A stretch of DNA of 64,000 bases from Psammoneis japonica (Eukaryota). The notes beneath the pieces were generated by a model that saw only the letters and a list, made by a program, of their open reading frames with translations, was not told the DNA's origin and ran no database searches. Both the position numbers and the translations under genes were made by a program. Where the stretch lies: positions 62,001-126,000 of the forward strand of contig QPGO01000197.1 in assembly GCA_008632985.1 (NCBI GenBank), in the 5' to 3' direction. Shown piece by piece: positions 1-11,140 of this stretch (positions within the stretch are counted from its first letter, which is position 1; every line of letters begins with the position of its first letter).

Positions 1-4
1 GGCA

Positions 5-496
5 TTGTTACGTGGACAAGACATGCCGAGTCATGCTGTGAGTGTTACCTTTATCAATGACCGTAAGGACGGAAGCACGGTGCAGTTGTTTTGGCGCAAG
101 CGAAACGGTGAAGAAATCCAGGTATCGGAAGGCTTTCAAGACCAAACGAACCATCGAACCTTTCCGGATCACATCTTTGTAGCGTACAACCAGGACAAGT
201 CCATTCGACGAGAGTATCGCATTACGGCCGACTATGGCTCGTCTCTGGAAGTTCATGTGGATCTCTCACAACCCAAGGCGACCTTTTCCAGCAACCAATT
301 GATTCATGTGTTTTGGAGTGGACACGACGGAAAGGAAGTCCCTGTGCGTGAAAATTTAAAGCCCGGTGAATCATTTGAGACAAACACCTTTCCTGGACAT
401 GTTTTTGTCGCCTATGATGAACCCAAAAGGAGTCGACAAGAATTTCGAGTTAGCGCTGATTTTGGCGGTAAAGAGCACTTTCATGTTGAGCTGTAG
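5..496 (+). CDS. C-terminal part (probably 5'-truncated by window edge) of protein with two tandem VHL-beta-domain-like repeats
   Basis: Two copies of the pattern V.F.N...V.LFW...G.E.......G.....TFP.H.FVAY (VTFIND..VQLFWRKRNGEE..TFPDHIFVAY; ATFSSNQLIHVFWSGHDGKE..TFPGHVFVAY); stop at 494-496. Confidence 0.6.
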   Translation: MLRGQDMPSHAVSVTFINDRKDGSTVQLFWRKRNGEEIQVSEGFQDQTNHRTFPDHIFVAYNQDKSIRREYRITADYGSSLEVHVDLSQPKATFSSNQLIHVFWSGHDGKEVPVRENLKPGESFETNTFPGHVFVAYDEPKRSRQEFRVSADFGGKEHFHVEL

Positions 497-1107
497 AAAA
501 AGCGTGACCTACAATAGTCGCGAGCACACCGCCAAGATCGAATTATCGATAACATTTTTTAACGGCATTGAAAACCAGTCTGTTTGTCCCAGAAGCTTGC
601 TCTAAATAATGGATTGGCGTTAACAGCGCAAAGCGGCCCAATGCTCCAGTGTTCCTCTTGCGTTCGCTCGTCATACGTGTTCTAAAGTGCGAACTCATTC
701 CACATTTGAATGTGTCGTGATCAGGATTTCAATAATCAACATCATAGTACCATGCAAACAGTACATCCGCAAGCACCACCAAGAGAATCGGAAGCCGCCG
801 ATTTGCTACGTCATGGTGTTATTTCTCCGTAACTTACTTCATCTTCAATCTGGACCGCTACTGTACAGGTCTACTCGGTTGCAGGTTTCCAGGTTTATGC
901 CCGGTATCCGGCATCTTTGTTTTGGGGGGGGGGGGGGGGAACGATCGGCCCCTCCCACAATCTGACGCCAGCGACGTTCGGCGAAGGCGCGAAATCCGCG
1001 CTGAATAAACGCCTGAACCGCTGTCGATCCTGGAACTCCCCGGTTTCCGCCTTAGTTTACGCTTCTGCGAAGGCGGAGAATTGATATCATCAACTGACAC
1101 CATCATC

Positions 1108-1893
1108 ATGATGGCCAGCACTTCTTATGAATTTTTAGATGCCATTCGACAGGGAAATGTGGATCGAGTTCGAAGAATCCTTCAAGAAGGACAGGACGTG
1201 AACGCCCCGCTAACATGTCTGCTTGACGAAACAGAATTTCCAATCTTTTTTGCTCTCCAGCTCCGAGACGACGACATGTTAGAGCTCCTACTGGAATGCG
1301 GTGCTCATGTGAACCAGGTTTTGACACAAGGTTCTACGCCGCTGCATGTAGTTGCTTGTTACTCTCGTCCCGACCGTGTATCCAAAGCACAATTTCTGCT
1401 GTCGCATGGTGCTGAAGTGGATTCCCGAAATGGTTTTGGCTCCACGCCTCTGCATCATGCTGCCTATTCCGGGAACGATGCTGTTGCAGAGCTCTTGATA
1501 CAAAATGGCGCTGATTTGAATGCAGTGAATAGAGCGGGGCAAACCCCGCTGCACATTGCATGCAATGGCAAGGAGAATTTGGCTCGCTTGCTGATTGAAC
1601 GAGGCGCAAATATGAATGCTGTTGACAACGGGGGGTGCATTCCGATTAATTATTGTTTAATCGGAATGGTCCATGAACCCATAAGATTGCCCTTGCTGGA
1701 AGGTCATGTGAAAGAGCTGTTGGGTGTTGACAACGCCCATCCGGGTTTATGGGCGCAGGCGTTTGCAACAGTCGGACACAAGAAAACCCCGAGAAGGCTA
1801 AGTTTGCTGTTTACTCTGTTTCAACAGAAACCCGATTTGTTTGGCTACTTACAACAAGATCAGAATCCAAGGAAGCGCAAGAGGTCCAATTGA
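1108..1893 (+). CDS. Ankyrin-repeat protein
   Basis: Repeated GxTPLHxA..G...LL..GA.VN motifs (GSTPLHVV, GSTPLHHAAYSG, GQTPLHIAC); C-terminal basic NLS-like PRKRKR. Confidence 0.9.
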   Translation: MMASTSYEFLDAIRQGNVDRVRRILQEGQDVNAPLTCLLDETEFPIFFALQLRDDDMLELLLECGAHVNQVLTQGSTPLHVVACYSRPDRVSKAQFLLSHGAEVDSRNGFGSTPLHHAAYSGNDAVAELLIQNGADLNAVNRAGQTPLHIACNGKENLARLLIERGANMNAVDNGGCIPINYCLIGMVHEPIRLPLLEGHVKELLGVDNAHPGLWAQAFATVGHKKTPRRLSLLFTLFQQKPDLFGYLQQDQNPRKRKRSN

Positions 1894-2492
1894 TTTCTTC
1901 CTTTCTTCCCACCCTCGTTGTTATTTCATCTACAGAAAGGTACCACGTTCTTCTTTATGTAGCATTAGTTTGATTCTGTGTCAGAGCATGATGTATACTC
2001 TACTCGTATGCTAGACTCAATTTCATTACAGTATAAATGGTGTTCTATATTCACTGCCACGCTTATTCCTCAAAGGGAATTGGACTACAGCGCGAAGCAG
2101 ATAGAGCGCCTGATGTTTCTGAAGCAGAAGTCCAAAAGCAGCACCCCCGCTTTTTGAAATAAAACAATTGGGGAAGGAAAATTATGAAGTCCAGAAATAT
2201 GATCACGAGAAACGCGTGCGCCATTCTATTGTAGTTGGGCAATCTACTGTGTCTTTCATTCGAACAAGATTGAAGATGAGTAGAGTCTTGTACAATACAT
2301 TACATAAACACGAAAATTTATTCAACACTGTTCCGTCTCGTCGTAACTCGTTTGCGAATGGCACAAACCCTTTCGACTGCCATTTACCCATCATGCTTGC
2401 TTGAATCACAGAGCGGCCAATTTGAGTTGACACTTTGAGTGATATTCTGATGCACATGCAACTTGATGCACAATATTGGGCCACAATCTTTT

Positions 2493-3519
2493 CTAGGAAA
2501 ATTGAATGTATTCCTCGGAACTGTTTACGCTCGTATTATTGTTGGCATTGTCCTCGTTTGTCTCCAGTGCAACGTGTGTAGCGTCCTCGAGCATTACGGG
2601 CGACGATGTTGCTGTTGATTCTTGTTGTTGCTGTTGTAGGGGATAACCAGCCGTAGTCGAAAAAACCGAAGGGTACCTGTGCATATCATTCGACAAGAAT
2701 GAGAGTAAAATATAGAGATTGCCTAGTCTCGAGTCCGCATAAGTCCACATCATTTACTCACCATAATCGAAAGCTAAAATAGGAACAGCCACTTCCAAGT
2801 AAAGCACCCGCCACCACGTCAACTGGAAAATGATAATTGTCGTGCACTCGACTGGCCGCCACAAAACCCGCGACACACATGGGTACACACGACGCCATGC
2901 AGAGGAGTTTTTGTTTCAGAGACTTGTGATTTTGTTCTTGTCGATTTGCAAGTCCCAAAAAGTACAGAGTCAAAACCATCATGCTGGAAAATGACATGGA
3001 CGAATGTCCGATGGAAAGGATTTTTGGCTGTCTTGCACGTCGTCCGGATCGCCTTGGCATGATAACGAATCTGCATCAAATCCACAATAGTCGTAAAAGT
3101 TGGGACGCAACCGACGGCAGTAGAGCTTGAGAGTGTTTGTAAAGAAACCGTGAAACCCATGCTCACCATAAAACACAGAGTATGCAAGAAGTATCCATTT
3201 TTAGAAAATCACGCGACTCGTTGCGGTTTGCCATGATGCTTGAAAGTAGCAACACCACCAAGGTAAGCAAATAGGTAATCACAAAGAGCATGGTATTCGT
3301 CACGGTCTCCACGTCGACCAGCTCGTGATTGTGTTGCAAATCCAACACGACATAGTCACCCATTTGCTGATAGGGTATATCGGGAGACGAAAAATCAACA
3401 AGAGCATTTCCCACAGCGTCTGGAACAATCACTCCAATCAGCAAAATCGATAAACTCGCAATAAGCTCCTTGATGTTTTGCCGCTCAGGGCAAGCACTCC
3501 AGAGGAACGACTTGATCAT
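2493..3519 (-). CDS. PAP2/lipid phosphate phosphatase family membrane protein; intron 2677-2761; apparent 1-nt frameshifts near 3008 and 3150-3180
   Basis: Motifs C1 KLYCRRLRP, C2 SFPS/GHSS and C3 SRVHDNYHFPVDVVAG lie in adjacent frames; GT..AG intron restores ..RLW-YPSVF.. Confidence 0.85.
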
Positions 3520-4028
3520 ACTTTTTTATGGAAGAATATGCAGGTATGGTATAGACCTTTTTGTTGTGGGCAACAAGTAAGGTTATGAAGACGAGGTCTG
3601 CAGATAGCCGTAGCCTAAATCGTCAAGAATCCCCCGCTGTCATCGGCATCTCCACCATCGTCAATCGTCACCCACTAACTATCGCATTCTGATTTAGGTG
3701 TCTGCTCCGTAAGGTAGTTAGACGAAGTGCGTGCGTGCGTGCGTGGTGAGATGAGTATTGCCCCTTCAATGTCTATTTATGTACAACATTCGACCACATA
3801 TAAAATTTAAAATAAATGTTACTTAACCGCGTTGATTTTTGATATGTAATTATAATTATTCAAATATTATAAAGTGGAATTGCGGCAGAATGGGAAAATC
3901 AAAATTTCAAAAAATCTCTCAAGAGAAAATCAAATTTTCAAATCTCAAAGCAAAAGCATCAGAGAACAAATAATAATGTACTTCAAAAAAGAAGCTGCTT
4001 GAGACAACTGAACCATAAGATTCTAACC

Positions 4029-5117
4029 ATGATGCTTGCCCTTGCAGCATCTATGCTCCTGCTGACATCGTCCGTCATGACGAAAGCGAGCGAGGACGAC
4101 GAGTCGTCCCAGAACGTTATTGGAATTCACAATGGTCGTGAGTTGTACCGGTACCGGCCCCACAAGGGGAAGAAAGACAGGCATGGCAAGAAGAGCCAAT
4201 CTAAAGGCAAATCAAAGAGCAAGTCCAAGAGCAAAAGTTCCAACAAGCGAGGTGGTACAAGGCATGTTTGTCTTGAACAAGGACTGATCATTGATGCAAT
4301 CGGTGCAAAAACGGTCACCGATCCCAAGGAAGGGCGAGGGTCGCAGTGTGATCTTACAGAAATGCCCCCTCTTTGCACCCCCGATTCTCTGGTTGGAAAT
4401 GATCAGCTTCTCATCAACTCCTCTTCTGCCACGGATACAATGAAGTTTCAGTTTACCAAGGACCAGAAGACGATTGGTGATGGCTCTCTCAAGTTCTCTA
4501 TTGAATGCAATGATCCAACCGGCAGCTCGACTTGCGCAGATGACAAGGGCACTATCAGGTACTTCTATCCTAACGTTTCTTCTGGTGCGCACACACCGGC
4601 CTCTGCCGCCAAGGTCAAACACTTCAATTATATCTGCTACGACTACAGAGCCGAAAGCTGTGGCATCATTCCTCGAGCTTTATGCTCCCAACAGTTTTAC
4701 ATAAACTTGTACACCATCAACCCAGGGTCGTCATGCACGTATTACGACTGCTCATTTGACTACTATCCGCAGCCTCCGGGTACATTTGAGCTTAATCAAT
4801 GGTATACAAACTGTATCAACCTTGATACGACACCTTTCCAAGTTAGTCCAGGAACTGCACCTGGTTGTTCTTGTCCCGTACCTACACCCCAGTCTCTCAA
4901 CAACGCCATTGCCGCAAGTCTCCTCAGTCCGGACTCTACCATTGGAAGTCCATGGGGACTTGGTTTTGTTATCAACATGGGGAATGACTCAGCTCTTGAC
5001 AACCAAATGATTGGTTACTTTGACAACATTCGCTTCTCAACAGTCGACAAGACTACGAAAACCGGGGTCACAGAAATCTTTGACTTGGAGCCGAATCACT
5101 ATTCATTTCTTCATTAA
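4029..5117 (+). CDS. Secreted protein with signal peptide, RXL site (GREL), Lys/Ser-rich segment and Cys-containing C-terminal domain
   Basis: MMLALAASMLLLTSSVMTKA signal-like N-terminus; KGKKDRHGKKSQSKGKSKSKSKSKSS; single long ORF. Confidence 0.75.
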   Translation: MMLALAASMLLLTSSVMTKASEDDESSQNVIGIHNGRELYRYRPHKGKKDRHGKKSQSKGKSKSKSKSKSSNKRGGTRHVCLEQGLIIDAIGAKTVTDPKEGRGSQCDLTEMPPLCTPDSLVGNDQLLINSSSATDTMKFQFTKDQKTIGDGSLKFSIECNDPTGSSTCADDKGTIRYFYPNVSSGAHTPASAAKVKHFNYICYDYRAESCGIIPRALCSQQFYINLYTINPGSSCTYYDCSFDYYPQPPGTFELNQWYTNCINLDTTPFQVSPGTAPGCSCPVPTPQSLNNAIAASLLSPDSTIGSPWGLGFVINMGNDSALDNQMIGYFDNIRFSTVDKTTKTGVTEIFDLEPNHYSFLH

Positions 5118-5572
5118 AAGAAAGACGAGGCTCAGCGGGGGAGCCTTGGAATACACGATAATTTACATGTTGATGCTGCATCTCGGAATAGGAGATAAGC
5201 ATACTCATTTTCTTATTGTCAGAAATCAACCACGGTGAAAGCGTTACCGCGATGGGACCACTCTGCGGACGTGCTATTGACTTATTTATTATTAAAATGG
5301 GCAGAGAGTGTCGCTTTGGAGTGGGTTGGAGTAACATAGTTACTGATGATGACAATCCTAGTACATTTTTCTTTTACGTGACAGCCTACGAAGGCCGGTC
5401 CGCCAACAAAGTTAGTGACAAACACGTGTTTCATATTGATACGAAAAGAAACGTTGCATGTGAAAGAAGACCCCCAATCCCACTACCCCAAAGACCTCGT
5501 GTTGAATTTTTCGACACATATGAAAACAAAGCAGAGTAACCCCACCGCACACCTTTACCAACAAGTATAATT

Positions 5573-7301
5573 TCATTCCGCAGAAGGCGGAACAAAGTCA
5601 GACGCATCAATGTGTAGCTCATAGTGTTTCGGTTCCTTTCCCTTGTACAATGGAATATCCAACGACGCCTTCATGGCAAGCCGCGAAGCTTCCACAGCCC
5701 TTGGACCATTGGACATGGCCCAAGGGCCACAAAGCGGGGTGTTTCTCACAGATACACTTAGAACCTCAGACGCCTGAATCCCCTCGGGCATGTCGGATGG
5801 TCCCTTGGTACCCATACCCGGGAATTCCCCTCCAACAACAAGATTGACAATGCGCTTATTGCTTTCTTCTGGCATGAGAACCGACAAGCCCTGTAGTCCC
5901 AATCCATCCGTCACGCCCCCATCAATAAAGGAAAACGACGACTTTTCGTCGTCGTTTTCATGATGTGGCCAATGCACGGGTTGAAACAAGAGCGGAAAGG
6001 TTGCCGAAGCACGTGCCGCCTTGCCATGCAACCCTTGTGAATAATTTTTCCCTTGAGAGACTTGATATCAAACGCACTCACCGCCACGGGAATGTGTGCC
6101 TGTTCCAACAATGCCGTGTGTTTGCCACTCTCGTCCGTTATGAAATCCTTCATGAGTTGCCCAAACAAGTCTCCCTTGAAGACACCCCCCATCCCGGTGG
6201 ATCGGCAAATTTGGAGAGAGTCAAACTGGCACAATACTGTGCCGCTCGTTTGGGACAAATACCTGCCGCAATCAAAACGGCCGCCATGGCTCCTGCCGAA
6301 CCACCCGCCACGGAGAGAATGCGGGAATTCAAATACAGTTTCGTGGTGTTGTTTTCCAGTACAGGCAAATCTTCATTCCACGCCGCGAGAACACCAAAGT
6401 AGGCGTAAAAACCAAAAAAGGCGGGTGCCATGGCCAAATGAATGCCGGACGGGTCTTGTAAAAAGTCTCTCAGAGTAAGATCGGATAGGTAGTCGTGGTG
6501 ATTGGAAGCCGCCGTCACGTGTGCTGGAGGAATAATGTGCTTGTAGAGTCGCGGAGGAGCTTTTGACGAAGAGCGAAGCCAAAAGCTCGGTCGTTTTGCA
6601 TATTGTGGACCACGTTCTTCCTTGAATTCAAACGGGCGAGTGGGTTGTCTTGATTTTGGTAGAAACGTAGTAGTCATCGGAATCAACACGGCAGGAATCA
6701 TCAAGACAATCAGAAGAGGAATCCATAGCGTACAAGCAACCGACTTTGTCTTTGGAGAATCCTTCTCTGTGGGTAAGTCTAAAATACGTCGAACCGTGGT
6801 ATCCGATAGCTTTGGTGCTTTCTGTTGTTGATTTCGTTTAGGAGTGTACGGCGAAGGCGGTGGGGCTTTGGGCGTGACTTGCTTCTTTTTCCTGCTTGTC
6901 GGTGTTTTGGTCTGCTGTTGATTTGATAATTTGTATTCCACTTCAGAGACTGTGGGTGGAATCTCTGGTACAAAGCGGCTTGGAAACGAAACATGTTGTT
7001 GTGGCGACTGCTGCTGCTGCTGTGCTGCTCTTGCGGCTGCAGCACGCGTTGTGACTTGTGGAGCAGCGCTACTGGGAACAACTGCTGATGATGACGAGGA
7101 AGTTTTTGATGATCTTGCTCTTATTTTCTCGTCATCAATGTCCATGGGCTGGACATCATCGTTGCATCTCTGACGTTTAGCGCCCTTTCTACCTGTAGAG
7201 GCATTCTTGAGGGACCGCTTGGTGGGTTGCTTGGCCATGGTTGACTCGTCGATTGGTCCGGTCAGCAGTCGTCGAAAGAAAAATGAGGAGAAAACGGGCA
7301 T
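5573..7301 (-). CDS. Patatin-like phospholipase with N-terminal disordered region and TM helix; two apparent 1-nt frameshifts (~6185, ~6020)
   Basis: GGSAG nucleophile motif, AFFGFYAYFG loop, ARASATFP and DGG motifs distributed over three consecutive ORFs. Confidence 0.85.
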
Positions 7302-7601
7302 TTACGTCATTGGTACATAAACACGTACTTTTCTACATACGCTTCTACTTAGTACCAGTCTTTCATGTATCGACGTCTGTCTGCCATCCAAACCAAAATT
7401 TCAAAAAAATCCGCGAAAGAGCGCAAGCAGCATAAAACGGCCGACACGTGTTGTTTCTTGTTTCCACTCTTCAAGAGCATCAAAGAAGCTTAGGGCCCTA
7501 CTACTTACTCATCGCATCGCTCTTTGCTCACAATTGAGAGAGGAGACAGCTTTGCCTCGTTGAAAATCGAAAAAAAGTAATTTCATCGGAAATCGGAAAG
7601 C

Positions 7602-9101
7602 ATGAAGCAACAAGCTACAACGTCATCACCTGCATCTGCGGCACCTACTCCTGCGAGTCCATTTGCGTATGACCGCGTTCATCCTACAGGCGAAGACACT
7701 TCCTTGGTATCTTCGTCTTCTTCTTCTTTGTTACCAACTCCAACACGACGTCACACGTTGATTAATTTTATAATGATGGCAATTTTGTTTTCGGCCAATC
7801 ACGGTTGTACCGTGGCGTGTTTGGCATTGGCCACGGCACGTCTTGGCAAGGTGGGTGCGTGGCAATCCGGAACCTTGTATCTCACGTATACCGCATCGGC
7901 TATTTTGGGTGCCACGTACGTGACCAAACGGTTGAAAGCACGCAATTCCATAATACTGGGTATGGCCTTGTATTGTTTGTATGTAGCGTGTTTTTGGGTA
8001 GCGACAGTGGTTCCTCCAATCAAGGTGGGTGCGGCGTTGGTGGGAGCTGCCATTGGCGGAATTGGTGGAGGATTCTTGTGGACGGCACAAGGAGCGTATT
8101 TTACCAAGGCGGCATTGGAATATGCACAAGCAGATAATGATACTACGACTACTACGGCAGCGAGTAGTACATCCTTGTTTGCGGGAATCTTTGCGTTTGT
8201 GTATTTGGCGGAAGAAGTGGCCTTACGGGCGCTATCTTCGGCGCTCTTGTCGTTTGGGATTCATTGGAAAACCATTTTTGGTATTTATACCGCCGTGGCA
8301 GTCTTGAGTACGCTCGGCATGGTTGGGGTGTACAATTATCCTTCCGATGATGAAACACCAAATGGCGCTTCCAGTAGTGTGTGGTACAAGGTGACGGCCG
8401 CGTGGCAGCTGTTGCGGACCGATGCTAAAATGAAGCACATGATTGGATTAAATGCCGTCTTTGGTTTTGCCAGTGCCTTTATGAATTCGTACGTCAATGG
8501 TGAAGTGGTTCGTGTGGCATTGCACGATGACGATTCGAGGTTTGTAGGCATCTTGTCGGCACTGGTTGCAGCAGTGGCGGCCGTGTGTTCGCTCTTATTT
8601 GCGCGACTTGCACAAGCCGTGGGCAAGGGACCCGTGTTGATTTTGGGAGCCATGGCCTTTTTCTTTGTGGGATTTATCTTTATCCTAGTACCCAACATTG
8701 ATCGTGGGGGTTGGGGATTATTGATTTTGGTGTACACGCTTCAAGGCATGGGTCGAGCGACGTTTGAATCGACACTCAAGGCCATCTTTGCTGACTATTT
8801 TGTCCAAGAAAAGGAAGGAGCCTTTGCCAATATCATTTTACAAAACGGTCTATCGAGCTCGATTGGATTCTTTTTGAGCTTTCGATTGGCATGCTCCGAA
8901 CAATCGGCGTATTGTGTACAGTACAAGGATGGAAGTCTGCACAATGTACTTGCCTTTGAGCTGCTGGTTGTAATTACGGCAATTGCCGCCGTTTTGGGAT
9001 ACTGGAGAGCATCGATAATATATCAGCATGAACAAGAGCAACCACAGATAGCCAATGGAGAGGCTGAATTGTTGGAAAGCGAAAACGGCGTATCGACTTG
9101 A
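7602..9101 (+). CDS. UNC-93-like MFS membrane protein
   Basis: About 11-12 hydrophobic segments; GIGGGFLWTAQGAY motif typical of the UNC-93 family. Confidence 0.85.
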   Translation: MKQQATTSSPASAAPTPASPFAYDRVHPTGEDTSLVSSSSSSLLPTPTRRHTLINFIMMAILFSANHGCTVACLALATARLGKVGAWQSGTLYLTYTASAILGATYVTKRLKARNSIILGMALYCLYVACFWVATVVPPIKVGAALVGAAIGGIGGGFLWTAQGAYFTKAALEYAQADNDTTTTTAASSTSLFAGIFAFVYLAEEVALRALSSALLSFGIHWKTIFGIYTAVAVLSTLGMVGVYNYPSDDETPNGASSSVWYKVTAAWQLLRTDAKMKHMIGLNAVFGFASAFMNSYVNGEVVRVALHDDDSRFVGILSALVAAVAAVCSLLFARLAQAVGKGPVLILGAMAFFFVGFIFILVPNIDRGGWGLLILVYTLQGMGRATFESTLKAIFADYFVQEKEGAFANIILQNGLSSSIGFFLSFRLACSEQSAYCVQYKDGSLHNVLAFELLVVITAIAAVLGYWRASIIYQHEQEQPQIANGEAELLESENGVST

Positions 9102-9189
9102 AACTCAACAAGAGACAGAGTGATGAAAACTTCCTTTTATTCTTCACAAGGCTACCGAGACAAAAGCGTTATGATAGATCACAGTCGTG

Positions 9190-10396
9190 CTACATCATAA
9201 TGTATGCAGCCATGACGGCGAAAAGTGACACAATGGTTGACTTGACTACTGCAGCTGCGTCGCTAGCCGCAGTACTGTCAACACCATTTGCACTATTTGA
9301 TCCGCCCGACAGTGTTCCCTTGAGAACCGTACCCTCAGAACCGACTGCAGTTACTAACGCCGTTGGGGCAGAAGTGGGAAAACCGGTAACGCCCGATCCC
9401 TTTCCACTTTCCTTGCTGCTGTTCCCTTTACCACTCTTTCCTTTACTTAAGCTTGGAGCGCCCTTTCCTTTTCCTTTCTTGCCCTTGCTGTGACTTGGAG
9501 CTTGAGACGCACTAGGTGCCACTGACACAGTTGGCGCAGAACTGGGTGCTGCCGACACACTTGGAGATGAAGAGAGACTTGGTGCGAAACTGGGAGCCGA
9601 GGAAGCGCTGGGAGCTGGGGATGAAGTGGGAGCTTTTGTTCTCTTTCCACCCTTCCCATGACCCTTGCCTTTGCTGGGAGCTGACGATGGAACCGCACTT
9701 GGCGAGCTTGAAGGAGTCCTGCTGGGGCTTGCACTTGGAGCACTCGACGGGACAAGCGAAGCCGTAGGAGTGGCACTTGGACTCTGGCTAGGCGTGCTCG
9801 ACGGGGCCGACGAATCCGTAGGACTTGCGCTTGGGCTTTGACTCGGCGATGCTGATGGAGCTAGTGACTTTGTGGGCGACGCACTCGGAGTGCCGCTCGG
9901 TGAGCTCGATGGTTGACTGCTTGGCTTACTCGAAGGAGAGGTGCTTGGCTTTTGACTAGGCGAGCTAGATGGTTGACTGCTAGGCTCACTCGAAGGCGAA
10001 GCACTTGGAGCAAAACTGGGTGAGCTCGACGGTTGACTGCTTGGCTCATTCGAAGGCGAGGCACTCGGCGCACCACTTGGTGAACGAGAAGGCATCGCGG
10101 ACGGTGCAAATGAAGCCGACGAAGCTTGAGAATCAGAGCCCTTTCCACCGCTGTCGGGAAAGGGTAGCTGAAGCTGGCGACCCAAACTGTCAAGAGCCTG
10201 AATTGTTTAATGAATGAAGTGTTAGTTTCCGATATGGCCACAAAGCTGTCACACGGCTAAACGACACAAGACGCACCTCCTGTTTGGCTTCCTCCAGGTG
10301 ATAGTTGTCGGATGGACGTGGTAACGAACCGGCAGAAATGGAGTTCGCAAAGCAGACTACCAACAAGATCGGGAGGGATTTCGAGTACCAAGTCAT
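9190..10396 (-). CDS. Secreted Ser/Pro-repeat (PS-x-x-PS) protein with Lys-Gly clusters and hydrophobic C-terminus (putative GPI anchor); join(9190..10197,10277..10396)
   Basis: Signal peptide MTWYSKSLPILLVVCFANSISA; GT-AG intron 10198-10276 keeps frame (..KQE-ALDSLGRQLQ..); PSxSPS repeats; SKGKKGKGKG. Confidence 0.85.
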
Positions 10397-11140
10397 TTTT
10401 GCACAATCCAAAGCGAAACTATTCCAACCTGTAATACAAAGGAGACGGCAGTGTAAGAATTTAACTATGTGTCAATGCGTTTCTCGTTCGAGTTGATCCT
10501 TTGCCTTGTGTCGGACTCACCAAGATGGAAATTGTGAGAGGGCGTATGTGTTTGTTGAAGCAACCCATGATGGAAACGCGACTGAATCCATCCCATCTTG
10601 TCACTCGGTCGTGTGACAGAGATGGACTGCGACGTGAGACGACCGATTGATTCCAAGACCGCGCGACCAAGGATGTGCATGTTCAATGTGTTGAATGTTT
10701 ACATTTCATTCAGGTTTTCAACGATCTCACAAACTAATCTATTGTATACGAGAAGACAAGTCGGCGATAATTATCCGCTCTCCAAAACCTGTTCATTCGC
10801 ATTTGTGAGCTTGCTTCTGTTCCCCAGGAGAATATCTGCGGACAGACGTCGGAGGGAACAGCCGCCTACTTTTGCTTATTCAAACGGATTACCACCTTGA
10901 CAAAGCTAGCTAGAGGGCCCCTACAGCTCGAGTTCGACACTGCGTGTGGCTTGTTTCTACAAGTATATCGTGCGGATGAATCCCATACTATGGCACTACC
11001 GTAGCTACTGCTAGCTAGCTAGTGAGAGAGAGAGTTCCTATTCATAGACTAGTAGCCCTCTAGAGTAAGTTTTACCACTGAGTGCTGTCACAATTCCACG
11101 CACCCTGGCAACACTGCAGGACAACAGGAATGGAAATTAA

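Noticed and set aside
923..939. Poly-G run (similar tracts near 21374 and 60123; (GCGT)n near 3728)
   Set aside because: Simple low-complexity tracts with no further supportable structure.
2493..7301. Frameshifts in the PAP2 and patatin genes (also 47300-48452 and 56525-57346) as programmed frameshifting or pseudogenes
   Set aside because: Those I could localise are single missing bases in short G runs (TCGGA for TCGGGA; six G for seven) with catalytic motifs intact, typical of long-read consensus errors.
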